From the NCBI RefSeq assembly GCF_009914755.1, contig NC_060939.1: 64,000 nucleotides of DNA. The stretch is one strand, 5' to 3'. The position numbers and the translations under genes were made by a program. Positions 42,801 to 57,700 of this stretch are shown one piece after another (positions within the stretch are counted from its first letter, which is position 1; each line of letters starts with the position of its first letter). This DNA is from the human T2T-CHM13v2.0 reference genome, Homo sapiens. The notes under the pieces are model-generated. The model had not been told where the DNA came from. It did no database searches and worked only from the letters and a program-made list of their open reading frames with translations.

Positions 42801-45800
42801 TTCTATTCAACTCTATTGCCTTCCATTCCATTCCATTCGATTACATTCCATGCGATTCCATTCGAAATCGAATCAATTACATTGCAATCCATTACTATTG
42901 AGTCCGTTTTATTCCAGTCCACTGCATTCTGGTCCATTCCATTTGATTCCATTCCATTCTATTCCATTCCATACAGTTGCATTCCATTGGATTCCATGCT
43001 ATATCTATAAATTCAATTCGAGACCATTGCTTTTGAGTCCATTCTATATGATTCCATTCCATTCAAGTCCATTACATTTGGTTAAATTCCATTCCATTCG
43101 GTTCAATTCCATTCCATTCCATTCCCTTCCATTCCATTCCAGTTGATATCAATCCATTCGATTCCATTCCATTCGAGCACATTCCATTCGAGTCCATTCC
43201 ATTCGATGCCATTCCATTTGATTCTATTCCATTAGTCTCCATTCAATTCCATTAATCTCCATTCCATTCCATTCTACTCCAACTGATTCCATTCCATTCT
43301 ATTCCTTTCCATTCCATTTCATTCCATTCCATTCCATTCCATTCCATTCCATTTGTGTCCATTCCACTCCAGTCCATTCCATTCGTATCCATTCCATTCC
43401 AGTCCATTCCATTTGTGTCCACTGCATTCCATTCCACTCCATTCCATATTATTCCATTACACTCCATTCCATTCTATTACTTTCATTTCCATTCAATTCC
43501 ATTCCATTTGATTCCATTCCACTCGGTTTCATTCCATTTGAGTCCACTCCATTCCATTCCATTCCATTCCATTCAGTTCCATTCCATTCTGTTCCATTCC
43601 ATTCCGTTCCATTACATTCCATTCCATTCGGTACCATTCCATATTGTTCCATTCGTTTCCATTCGAATCCATTCCATTCCAGTCCATTCCATTCGATTCC
43701 ATTCCATTCATTTCAATTCCATTCCATTCCATTCCATTACATTCCACTTGATTCCTCTCCATTCCCTTCCACTGCATTCCGTTCGATTCCATTCCATTGC
43801 ATTGCATTCCATTCCATTGGATTGCATTCCATTCGATTCCATTCCATTCGAATCAATTACGTAGCAATCCATTACATTCGAGTGTATTCTCTTCCGTTCC
43901 ATTCGATTTCGTTCCAATCCATTCGATTCCATTCCATTCGATTCCATTCCATACTATTGCATTCCATTCGATTACATTATATTCGAATAAGTTCCATTCA
44001 AGACCATTTCTTTTGAGTCCATTCTATTTGAGTCCATTCCCTTTGATTCCATGACATTTGAGTCCATTCAATTCCATTCCTTTCGTTTCCATTCCATTTG
44101 ATGCCATTCCATTCAATTCTGTTCTACTCGACTCCAATACATTCAATTCCATTCCATCCGATTCCATTACATTCTTTTCATTTCTTATCCATTTCAAGCC
44201 ATTCCACTCCATTCCATTCCACTCGTTTCCTTTCCATTCGAGTCCATTCCTCTCCAGTCCATTCCGTTCAATCCATTCCATTCCAGTCCATTCCATTCGA
44301 GTCCGTTCCATTCCAGTCCATTCCATTCGAGTCAATTCCATTCCATTCGATGTCTTTCCATAACGATCCATTCCATTCTATTCCTTTCGATTCCATTCCA
44401 TTCTATTTCATTCCATTCGATTCCCTTCCATTGGACTCCTTTCCATTCGAGTGCATTCCATTCCGTTCCATTTCTTTCCGTTCTGTACGATTCCTACCGT
44501 TCGATTTCATTTTGTTCCAGTCCATTCTTTCGCGTCCATTCCATTCCATTTCACTCCATTCGATTCCATTCCACTCGATTCCACTTCGTTCCATTTCATT
44601 GCATTCCATTCTATTCAACTCTATTGCCTTCCATTCCATTCCATTCGATTACATTCCATGCGATTCCATTCGAAATCGAATCAATTACATTGCAATCCAT
44701 TACTATTGAGTCCGTTTTATTCCAGTCCACTGCATTCTGGTCCATTCCATTTGATTCCATTCCATTCTATTCCATTCCATACAGTTGCATTCCATTGGAT
44801 TCCATGCTATATCTATAAATTCAATTCGAGACCATTGCTTTTGAGTCCATTCTATATGATTCCATTCCATTCAAGTCCATTACATTTGGTTAAATTCCAT
44901 TCCATTCGGTTCAATTCCATTCCATTCCATTCCCTTCCATTCCATTCCAGTTGATATCAATCCATTCGATTCCATTCCATTGGAGCACATTCCATTCGAG
45001 TCCATTCCATTCGATGCCATTCCATTTGATTCTATTCCATTAGTCTCCATTCAATTCCATTAATCTCCATTTCATTCCATTCTACTCCAACTGATTCCAT
45101 TCCATTCTATTCCTTTCCATTCCATTTCATTCCATTCCATTCCATTCCATTCCATTCCATTCGTGTCCATTCCACTCCAGTCCATTCCATTCGTATCCAT
45201 TCCATTCCAGTCCATTCCATTTGTGTCCACTGCATTCCATTCCGCTCCATTCCATATTATTCCATTACACTCCATTCCATTCTATTACTTTCATTTCCAT
45301 TCAATTCCATTCCATTTGATTCCATTCCACTCGGTTTCATTCCATTTGAGTCCACTCCATTCCATTCCATTCCATTCAGTTCCATTCCATTCTGTTCCAT
45401 TCCATTCCGTTCCGTTACATTCCATTCCATTCGGTACCATTCCATATTGTTCCATTCGATTCCATTCGAATCCATTCCATTCCAGTCCATTCCATTCGAT
45501 TCCATTCCATTCATTTCAATTCCATTCCATTCCATTACATTACATTCCACTTGATTCCTCTCCATTCCCTTCCACTGCATTCCGTTCGATTCCATTCCAT
45601 TGCATTGCATTCCATTCCATTGGATTGCATTCCATTCGATTCCATTCCATTCGAATCAATTACATAGCAATCCATTACATTCGAGTCTATTCTCTTCCGT
45701 TCCATTCGATTTCGTTCCAATCCATTCGATTCCATTCCATTCGATTCCATTCCATACTATTGCATTCCATTCGATTACATTATATTCGAATAAGTTCCAT

Positions 45801-45860
45801 TCAAGACCATTTCTTTTGAGTCCATTCTATTTGAGTCCATTCCCTTTGATTCCATAACAT

Positions 45861-48800
45861 TTGAGTCCATTCAATTCCATTCCTTTCGTTTCCATTCCAT
45901 TTGATGCCATTCCATTCAATTCTGTTCTACTCGACTCCAATACATTCAATTCCATTCCATCCGATTCCATTACATTCTTTTCATTTCTTATCCATTTCAA
46001 GCCATTCCACTCCATTCCATTCCACTCGTTTCCTTTCCATTCGAGTCCATTCCTCTCCAGTCCATTCCGTTCAATCCATTCCATTCCAGTCCATTCCATT
46101 CGAGTCCGTTCCATTCCAGTCCATTCCATTCGAGTCAATTCCATTCCATTCGATGTCTTTCCATAACGATCCATTCCATTCTATTCCTTTCGATTCCATT
46201 CCATTCTATTTCATTCCATTCGATTCCCTTCCATTGGACTCCTTTCCATTCGAGTGCATTCCATTCCGTTCCATTTCTTTCCGTTCTGTACGATTCCTAC
46301 CGTTCGATTTCATTTTGGTCCAGTCCATTCTTTTGCGTCCATTCCATTCCATTTCACTCCATTCGATTCCATTCCACTCGATTCCACTTCGTTCCATTTC
46401 ATTGCATTCCATTCTATTCAACTCTATTGCCTTCCATTCCATTCCATTCGATTACATTCCATGCGATTCCATTCGAAATCGAATCAATTACATTGCAATC
46501 CATTAATATTGAGTCCATTTTATTCCAGTCCACTGCATTCTGGTCCACTCCATTTGATTCCATTCCATTCTATTCCATTCCATACAGTTGCATTCCATTG
46601 GATTCCATGCTATATCTATAAATTCAATTCGAGACCATTGCTTTTGAGTCCATTCTATATGATTCCATTCCATTCAAGTCCATTACATTTGGTTAAATTC
46701 CATTCCATTCGGTTCAATTCCATTCCATTCCATTCCCTTCCATTCCATTCCAGTTGATATCAATCCATTCGATTCCATTCCATTCGAGCACATTCCATTC
46801 GAGTCCATTCCATTCGATGCCATTCCATTTGATTCTATTCCATTAGTCTCCATTCAATTCCATTAATCTCCATTCCATTCCATTCTACTCCAACTGATTC
46901 CATTCCATTCTATTCCTTCCCATTCCATTTCATTCCATTCCATTCCATTCCATTCCATTCCATTCCATTCGTGTCCATTCCACTCCAGTCCATTCCATTC
47001 GTATCCATTCCATTCCAGTCCATTCCATTTGTGTCCACTGCATTCCATTCCACTCCATTCCATATTATTCCATTACACTCCATTCCATTCTATTACTTTC
47101 ATTTCCATTCAATTCCATTCCATTTGATTCCATTCCACTCGGTTTCATTCTATTTGAGTCCACTCCATTCCATTCCATTCCATTCAGTTCCATTCCATTC
47201 TGTTCCATTCCATTCCGTTCCATTACATTCCATTCCATTCGGTACCATTCCATATTGTTCCATTCGATTCCATTCGAATCCATTCCATTCCAGTCCATTC
47301 CATTCGATTCCATTCCATTCATTTCAATTCCATTCCATTCCATTCCATTACATTCCACTTGATTCCTCTCCATTCCCTTCCACTGCATTCCGTTCGATTC
47401 CATTCCATTGCATTGCATTCCATTCCATTGGATTGCATTCCATTCGATTCCATTCCATTCGAATCAATTACATAGCAATCCATTACATTCGAGTCTATTC
47501 TCTTCCGTTCCATTCGATTTCGTTCCAATCCATTCGATTCCATTCCATTCGATTCCATTCCATACTATTGCATTCCATTCGATTACATTATATTCGAATA
47601 AGTTCCATTCAAGACCATTTCTTTTGAGTCCATTCTATTTGAGTCCATTCCCTTTGATTCCATAACATTTGAGTCCATTCAATTCCATTCCTTTCGTTTC
47701 CATTCCATTTGATGCCATTCCATTCAATTCTGTTCTACTCGACTCCAATACATTCAATTCCATTCCATCCGATTCCATTACATTCTTTTCATTTCTTATC
47801 CATTTCAAGCCATTCCACTCCATTCCATTCCACTCGTTTCCTTTCCATTCGAGTCCATTCCTCTCCAGTCCATTCCGTTCAATCCATTCCATTCCAGTCC
47901 ATTCCATTCGAGTCCGTTCCATTCCAGTCCATTCCATTCGAGTCAATTCCATTCCATTCGATGTCTTTCCATAACGATCCATTCCATTCTATTCCTTTCG
48001 ATTCCATTCCATTCTATTTCATTCCATTCGATTCCCTTCCATTGGACTCCTTTCCATTCGAGTGCATTCCATTCCGTTCCATTTCTTTCCGTTCTGTACG
48101 ATTCCTACCGTTCGATTTCATTTTGGTCCAGTCCATTCTTTTGCGTCCATTCCATTCCATTTCACTCCATTCGATTCCATTCCACTCGATTCCACTTCGT
48201 TCCATTTCATTGCATTCCATTCTATTCAACTCTATTGCCTTCCATTCCATTCCATTCGATTACATTCCATGCGATTCCATTCGAAATCGAATCAATTACA
48301 TTGCAATCCATTAATATTGAGTCCATTTTATTCCAGTCCACTGCATTCTGGTCCACTCCATTTGATTCCATTCCATTCTATTCCATTCCATACAGTTGCA
48401 TTCCATTGGATTCCATGCTATATCTATAAATTCAATTCGAGACCATTGCTTTTGAGTCCATTCTATATGATTCCATTCCATTCAAGTCCATTACATTTGG
48501 TTAAATTCCATTCCATTCGGTTCAATTCCATTCCATTCCATTCCCTTCCATTCCATTCCAGTTGATATCAATCCATTCGATTCCATTCCATTCGAGCACA
48601 TTCCATTCGAGTCCATTCCATTCGATGCCATTCCATTTGATTCTATTCCATTAGTCTCCATTCAATTCCATTAATCTCCATTCCATTCCATTCTACTCCA
48701 ACTGATTCCATTCCATTCTATTCCTTCCCATTCCATTTCATTCCATTCCATTCCATTCCATTCCATTCCATTCCATTCGTGTCCATTCCACTCCAGTCCA

Positions 48801-49476
48801 TTCCATTCGTATCCATTCCATTCCAGTCCATTCCATTTGTGTCCACTGCATTCCATTCCACTCCATTCCATATTATTCCATTACACTCCATTCCATTCTA
48901 TTACTTTCATTTCCATTCAATTCCATTCCATTTGATTCCATTCCACTCGGTTTCATTCTATTTGAGTCCACTCCATTCCATTCCATTCCATTCAGTTCCA
49001 TTCCATTCTGTTCCATTCCATTCCGTTCCATTACATTCCATTCCATTCGGTACCATTCCATATTGTTCCATTCGATTCCATTCGAATCCATTCCATTCCA
49101 GTCCATTCCATTCGATTCCATTCCATTCATTTCAATTCCATTCCATTCCATTCCATTACATTCCACTTGATTCCTCTCCATTCCCTTCCACTGCATTCCG
49201 TTCGATTCCATTCCATTGCATTGCATTCCATTCCATTGGATTGCATTCCATTCGATTCCATTCCATTCGAATCAATTACATAGCAATCCATTACATTCGA
49301 GTCTATTCTCTTCCGTTCCATTCGATTTCGTTCCAATCCATTCGATTCCATTCCATTCGATTCCATTCCATACTATTGCATTCCATTCGATTACATTATA
49401 TTCGAATAAGTTCCATTCAAGACCATTTCTTTTGAGTCCATTCTATTTGAGTCCATTCCCTTTGATTCCATAACAT
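45861..49476 (+). repeat. Recent tandem duplication of one 1808 bp unit
   Basis: Both units share TTTTGGTCC, CTTTTGCG, ATTAATATTG, GGTCCACTCC and TTCCTTCCC. The listed ORF translations of the two copies are identical. Confidence 0.92.
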
Positions 49477-52400
49477 TTGAGTCCATTCAATTCCATTCCT
49501 TTCGTTTCCATTCCATTTGATGCCATTCCATTCAATTCTGTTCTACTCGACTCCAATACATTCAATTCCATTCCATCCGATTCCATTACATTCTTTTCAT
49601 TTCTTATCCATTTCAAGCCATTCCACTCCATTCCATTCCACTCGTTTCCTTTCCATTCGAGTCCATTCCTCTCCAGTCCATTCCGTTCAATCCATTCCAT
49701 TCCAGTCCATTCCATTCGAGTCCGTTCCATTCCAGTCCATTCCATTCGAGTCAATTCCATTCCATTCGATGTCTTTCCATAACGATCCATTCCATTCTAT
49801 TCCTTTCGATTCCATTCCATTCTATTTCATTCCATTCGATTCCCTTCCATTGGACTCCTTTCCATTCGAGTGCATTCCATTCCGTTCCATTTCTTTCCGT
49901 TCTGTACGATTCCTACCGTTCGATTTCATTTTCTTCCAGTCCATTCTTTCGCGTCCATTCCATTCCATTTCACTCCATTCGATTCCATTCCACTCGATTC
50001 CACTTCGTTCCATTTCATTGCATTCCATTCTATTCAACTCTATTGCCTTCCATTCCATTCCATTCGATTACATTCCATGCGATTCCATTCGAAATCGAAT
50101 CAATTACATTGCAATCCATTACTATTGAGTCCGTTTTATTCCAGTCCACTGCATTCTGGTCCATTCCATTTGATTCCATTCCATTCTATTCCATTCCATA
50201 CAGTTGCATTCCATTGGATTCCATGCTATATCTATAAATTCAATTCGAGACCATTGCTTTTGAGTCCATTCTATATGATTCCATTCCATTCAAGTCCATT
50301 ACATTTGGTTAAATTCCATTCCATTCGGTTCAATTCCATTCCATTCCATTCCCTTCCATTCCATTCCAGTTGATATCAATCCATTCGATTCCATTCCATT
50401 CGAGCACATTCCATTCGAGTCCATTCCATTCGATGCCATTCCATTTGATTCTATTCCATTAGTCTCCATTCAATTCCATTAATCTCCATTCCATTCCATT
50501 CTACTCCAACTGATTCCATTCCATTCTATTCCTTTCCATTCCATTTCATTCCATTCCATTCCATTCCATTCCATTCCATTCGTGTCCATTCCACTCCAGT
50601 CCATTCCATTCGTATCCATTCCATTCCAGTCCATTCCATTTGTGTCCACTGCATTCCATTCCACTCCATTCCATATTATTCCATTACACTCCATTCCATT
50701 CTATTACTTTCATTTCCATTCAATTCCATTCCATTTGATTCCATTCCACTCGGTTTCATTCCATTTGAGTCCACTCCATTCCATTCCATTCCATTCAGTT
50801 CCATTCCATTCTGTTCCATTCCATTCCGTTCCATTACATTCCATTCCATTCGGTACCATTCCATATTGTTCCATTCGATTCCATTCGAATCCATTCCATT
50901 CCAGTCCATTCCATTCGATTCCATTCCATTCATTTCAATTCCATTCCATTCCATTCCATTACATTCCACTTGATTCCTCTCCATTCCCTTCCACTGCATT
51001 CCGTTCGATTCCATTCCATTGCATTGCATTCCATTCCATTGGATTGCATTCCATTCGATTCCATTCCATTCGAATCAATTACATAGCAATCCATTACATT
51101 CGAGTCTATTCTCTTCCGTTCCATTCGATTTCGTTCCAATCCATTCGATTCCATTCCATTCGATTCCATTCCATACTATTGCATTCCATTCGATTACATT
51201 ATATTCGAATAAGTTCCATTCAAGACCATTTCTTTTGAGTCCATTCTATTTGAGTCCATTCCCTTTGATTCCATAACATTTGAGTCCATTCAATTCCATT
51301 CCTTTCGTTTCCATTCCATTTGATGCCATTCCATTCAATTCTGTTCTACTCGACTCCAATACATTCAATTCCATTCCATCCGATTCCATTACATTCTTTT
51401 CATTTCTTATCCATTTCAAGCCATTCCACTCCATTCCATTCTACTCGTTTCCTTTCCATTCGAGTCCATTCCTCTCCAGTCCATTCCGTTCAATCCATTC
51501 CATTCCAGTCCATTCCATTCGAGTCCGTTCCATTCCAGTCCATTCCATTCGAGTCAATTCCATTCCATTCGATGTCTTTCCATAACGATCCATTCCATTC
51601 TATTCCTTTCGATTCCATTCCATTCTATTTCATTCCATTCGATTCCCTTCCATTGGACTCCTTTCCATTCGAGTGCATTCCATTCCGTTCCATTTCTTTC
51701 CGTTCTGTACGATTCCTACCGTTCGATTTCATTTTCTTCCAGTCCATTCTTTCGCGTCCATTCCATTCCATTTCACTCCATTCGATTCCATTCCACTCGA
51801 TTCCACTTCGTTCCATTTCATTGCATTCCATTCTATTCAACTCTATTGCCTTCCATTCCATTCCATTCGATTACATTCCATGCGATTCCATTCGAAATCG
51901 AATCAATTACATTGCAATCCATTACTATTGAGTCCGTTTTATTCCAGTCCACTGCATTCAGGTCCATTCCATTTGATTCCATTCCATTCTATTCCATTCC
52001 ATACAGTTGCATTCCATTGGATTCCATGCTATATCTATAAATTCAATTCGAGACCATTGCTTTTGAGTCCATTCTATATGATTCCATTCCATTCAAGTCC
52101 ATTACATTTGGTTAAATTCCATTCCATTCGGTTCAATTCCATTCCATTCCATTCCCTTCCATTCCATTCCAGTTGATATCAATCCATTCGATTCCATTCC
52201 ATTCGAGCACATTCCATTCGAGTCCATTCCATTCGATGCCATTCCATTTGATTCTATTCCATTAGTCTCCATTCAATTCCATTAATCTCCATTCCATTCC
52301 ATTCTACTCCAACTGATTCCATTCCATTCTATTCCTTTTTATTCCATTTCATTCCATTCCATTCCATTCCATTCCATTCCATTCGTGTCCATTCCACTCC

Positions 52401-54150
52401 AGTCCATTCCATTCGTATCCATTCCATTCCAGTCCATTCCATTTGTGTCCACTGCATTCCATTCCACTCCATTCCATATTATTCCATTACACTCCATTCC
52501 ATTCTATTACTTTCATTTCCATTCAATTCCATTCCATTTGATTCCATTCCACTCGGTTTCATTCCATTTGAGTCCACTCCATTCCATTCCATTCCACTCA
52601 GTTCCATTCCATTCTGTTCCATTCCATTCCGTTCCATTACATTCCATTCCATTCGGTACCATTCCATATTGTTCCATTCGTTTCCATTCGAATCCATTCC
52701 ATTCCAGTCCATTCCATTCGATTCCATTCCATTCATTTCAATTCCATTCCATTCCATTCCATTACATTCCACTTGATTCCTCTCCATTCCCTTCCACTGC
52801 ATTCCGTTCGATTCCATTCCATTGCATTGCATTCCATTCCATTGGATTGCATTCCATTCGATTCCATTCCATTCGAATCAATTACATAGCAATCCATTAC
52901 ATTCGAGTCTATTCTCTTCCGTTCCATTCGATTTCGTTCCAATCCATTCGATTCCATTCCATTCGATTCCATTCCATACTATTGCATTCCATTCGATTAC
53001 ATTATATTCGAATAAGTTCCATTCAAGACCATTTCTTTTGAGTCCATTCTATTTGAGTCCATTCCCTTTGATTCCATAACATTTGAGTCCATTCAATTCC
53101 ATTCCTTTCGTTTCCATTCCATTTGATGCCATTCCATTCAATTCTGTTCTACTCGACTCCAATACATTCAATTCCATTCCATCCGATTCCATTACATTCT
53201 TTTCATTTCTTATCCATTTCAAGCCATTCCACTCCATTCCATTCCACTCGTTTCCTTTCCATTCGAGTCCATTCCTCTCCAGTCCATTCCGTTCAATCCA
53301 TTCCATTCCAGTCCATTCCATTCGAGTCCGTTCCATTCCAGTCCATTCCATTCGAGTCAATTCCATTCCATTCGATGTCTTTCCATAACGATCCATTCCA
53401 TTCTATTCCTTTCGATTCCATTCCATTCTATTTCATTCCATTCGATTCCCTTCCATTGGACTCCTTTCCATTCGAGTGCATTCCATTCCGTTCCATTTCT
53501 TTCCGTTCTGTACGATTCCTACCGTTCGATTTCATTTTGTTCCAGTCCATTCTTTCGCGTCCATTCCATTCCATTTCACTCCATTCGATTCCATTCCACT
53601 CGATTCCACTTCGTTCCATTTCATTGCATTCCATTCTATTCAACTCTATTGCCTTCCATTCCATTCCATTCGATTACATTCCATGCGACTCCATTCGAAA
53701 TCGAATCAATTACATTGCAATCCATTACTATTGAGTCCGTTTTATTCCAGTCCACTGCATTCTGGTCCATTCCATTTGATTCCATTCCATTCTATTCCAT
53801 TCCATACAGTTGCATTCCATTGGATTCCATGCTATATCTATAAATTCAATTCGAGACCATTGCTTTTGAGTCCATTCTATATGATTCCATTCCATTCAAG
53901 TCCATTACATTTGGTTCAATTCCATTCCATTCGGTTCAATTCCATTCCATTCCATTCCCTTCCATTCCATTCCAGTTGATATCAATCCATTCGATTCCAT
54001 TCCATTCGAGCACATTCCATTCGAGTCCATTCCATTCGATGCCATTCCATTTGATTCTATTCCATTAGTCTCCATTCAATTCCATTAATCTCCATTCCAT
54101 TCCATTCTACTCCAACTGATTCCATTCCATTCTATTCCTTTCCATTCCAT

Positions 54151-54740
54151 TTCATTCCATTCCATTCCATTCCATTCCATTCAATTCGTGTCCATTCCAC
54201 TCCAGTCCATTCCATTCCAGTCCATTCCATTTGTGTCCACTGCATTCCATTCCACTCCATTCCATATTATTCCATTACACTCCATTCCATTCTATTACTT
54301 TCATTTCCATTCAATTCCATTCCATTTGATTCCATTCCACTCGGTTTCATTCCATTTGAGTCCACTCCATTCCATTCCATTCGATTCCATTCAGTTCCAT
54401 TCCATTCTGTTCCATTCCATTCCGTTCCATTACATTCCATTCCATTCGGTACCATTCCATATTGTTCCATTCGATTCCATTCGAATCCATTCCATTCCAG
54501 TCCATTCCATTCGATTCCATTCCATTCATTTCAATTCCATTCCATTTGATTCCATTCCACTCGGTTTCATTCCATTTGAGTCCACTCCATTCCATTCCAT
54601 TCGATTCCATTCAGTTCCATTCCATTCTGTTCCATTCCATTCCGTTCCATTACATTCCATTCCATTCGGTACCATTCCATATTGTTCCATTCGATTCCAT
54701 TCGAATCCATTCCATTCCAGTCCATTCCATTCGATTCCAT
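54151..54740 (+). repeat. 590 bp compound insertion in a 2393 bp expanded unit (53083-55475)
   Basis: The KpnI-containing segment occurs three times (GGTACC at 54448, 54668, 55048). Junctions are at ~54531 and ~54741. Confidence 0.92.
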
Positions 54741-57700
54741 TTCATTCCATTCCATTCCATTCCATTCCATTCCATTCGTGTCCATTCCACTCCAGTCCAT
54801 TCCATTCGTATCCATTCCATTCCAGTCCATTCCATTTGTGTCCACTGCATTCCATTCCACTCCATTCCATATTATTCCATTACACTCCATTCCATTCTAT
54901 TACTTTCATTTCCATTCAATTCCATTCCATTTGATTCCATTCCACTCGGTTTCATTCCATTTGAGTCCACTCCATTCCATTCCATTCCATTCAGTTCCAT
55001 TCCATTCTGTTCCATTCCATTCCGTTCCATTACATTCCATTCCATTCGGTACCATTCCATATTGTTCCATTCGATTCCATTCGAATCCATTCCATTCCAG
55101 TCCATTCCATTCGATTCCATTCCATTCATTTCAATTCCATTCCATTCCATTCCATTACATTCCACTTGATTCCTCTCCATTCCCTTCCACTGCATTCCGT
55201 TCGATTCCATTCCATTGCATTGCATTCCATTCCATTGGATTGCATTCCATTCGATTCCATTCCATTCGAATCAATTACATAGCAATCCATTACATTCGAG
55301 TCTATTCTCTTCCGTTCCATTCGATTTCGTTCCAATCCATTCGATTCCATTCCATTCGATTCCATTCCATACTATTGCATTCCATTCGATTACATTATAT
55401 TCGAATAAGTTCCATTCAAGACCATTTCTTTTGAGTCCATTCTATTTGAGTCCATTCCCTTTGATTCCATAACATTTGAGTCCATTCAATTCCATTCCTT
55501 TCGTTTCCATTCCATTTGATGCCATTCCATTCAATTCTGTTCTACTCGACTCCAATACATTCAATTCCATTCCATCCGATTCCATTACATTCTTTTCATT
55601 TCTTATCCATTTCAAGCCATTCCACTCCATTCCATTCCACTCGTTTCCTTTCCATTCGAGTCCATTCCTCTCCAGTCCATTCCGTTCAATCCATTCCATT
55701 CCAGTCCATTCCATTCGAGTCCGTTCCATTCCAGTCCATTCCATTCGAGTCAATTCCATTCCATTCGATGTCTTTCCATAACGATCCATTCCATTCTATT
55801 CCTTTCGATTCCATTCCATTCTATTTCATTCCATTCGATTCCCTTCCATTGGACTCCTTTCCATTCGAGTGCATTCCATTCCGTTCCATTTCTTTCCGTT
55901 CTGTACGATTCCTACCGTTCGATTTCATTTTCTTCCAGTCCATTCTTTCGCGTCCATTCCATTCCATTTCACTCCATTCGATTCCATTCCACTCGATTCC
56001 ACTTCGTTCCATTTCATTGCATTCCATTCTATTCAACTCTATTGCCTTCCATTCCATTCCATTCGATTACATTCCATGCGATTCCATTCGAAATCGAATC
56101 AATTACATTGCAATCCATTACTATTGAGTCCGTTTTATTCCAGTCCACTGCATTCTGGTCCATTCCATTTGATTCCATTCCATTCTATTCCATTCCATAC
56201 AGTTGCATTCCATTGGATTCCATGCTATATCTATAAATTCAATTCGAGACCATTGCTTTTGAGTCCATTCTATATGATTCCATTCCATTCAAGTCCATTA
56301 CATTTGGTTAAATTCCATTCCATTCGGTTCAATTCCATTCCATTCCATTCCCTTCCATTCCATTCCAGTTGATATCAATCCATTCGATTCCATTCCATTC
56401 GAGCACATTCCATTCGAGTCCATTCCATTCGATGCCATTCCATTTGATTCTATTCCATTAGTCTCCATTCAATTCCATTAATCTCCATTCCATTCCATTC
56501 TACTCCAACTGATTCCATTCCATTCTATTCCTTTTTATTCCATTCCATTCCATTCCATTCCATTCCATTCCATTCCATTCCATTCGTGTCCATTCCACTC
56601 CAGTCCATTCCATTCGTATCCATTCCATTCCAGTCCATTCCATTTGTGTCCACTGCATTCCATTCCACTCCATTCCATATTATTCCATTACACTCCATTC
56701 CATTCTATTACTTTCATTTCCATTCAATTCCATTCCATTTGATTCCATTCCACTCGGTTTCATTCTATTTGAGTCCACTCCATTCCATTCCATTCCATTC
56801 AGTTCCATTCCATTCTGTTCCATTCCATTCCGTTCCATTACATTGCATTCCATTCGGTACCATTCCATATTGTTCCATTCGATTCCATTCGAATCCATTC
56901 CATTCCAGTCCATTCCATTCGATTCCATTCCATTCATTTCAATTCCATTCCATTCCATTCCATTACATTCCACTTCATTCCTCTCCATTCCCTTCCACTG
57001 CATTCCGTTCGATTCCATTCCATTGCATTGCATTCCATTCCATTGGATTGCATTCCATTCGATTCCATTCCATTCGAATCAATTACATAGCAATCCATTA
57101 CATTCGAGTCTATTCTCTTCCGTTCCATTCGATTTCGTTCCAATCCATTCGATTCCATTCCATTCGATTCCATTCCATACTATTGCATTCCATTCGATTA
57201 CATTATATTCGAATAAGTTCCATTCAAGACCATTTCTTTTGAGTCCATTCTATTTGAGTCCATTCCCTTTGATTCCATAACATTTGAGTCCATTCAATTC
57301 CATTCCTTTCGTTTCCATTCCATTTGATGCCATTCCATTCAATTCTGTTCTACTCGACTCCAATACATTCAATTCCATTCCATCCGATTCCATTACATTC
57401 TTTTCATTTCTTATCCATTTCAAGCCATTCCACTCCATTCCATTCCACTCGTTTCCTTTCCATTCGAGTCCATTCCTCTCCAGTCCATTCCGTTCAATCC
57501 ATTCCATTCCAGTCCATTCCATTCGAGTCCGTTCCATTCCAGTCCATTCCATTCGAGTCAATTCCATTCCATTCGATGTCTTTTCATAACGATCCATTCC
57601 ATTCTATTCCTTTCGATTCCATTCCATTCTATTTCATTCCATTCGATTCCCTTCCATTGGACTCCTTTCCATTCGAGTGCATTCCATTCCGTTCCATTTC

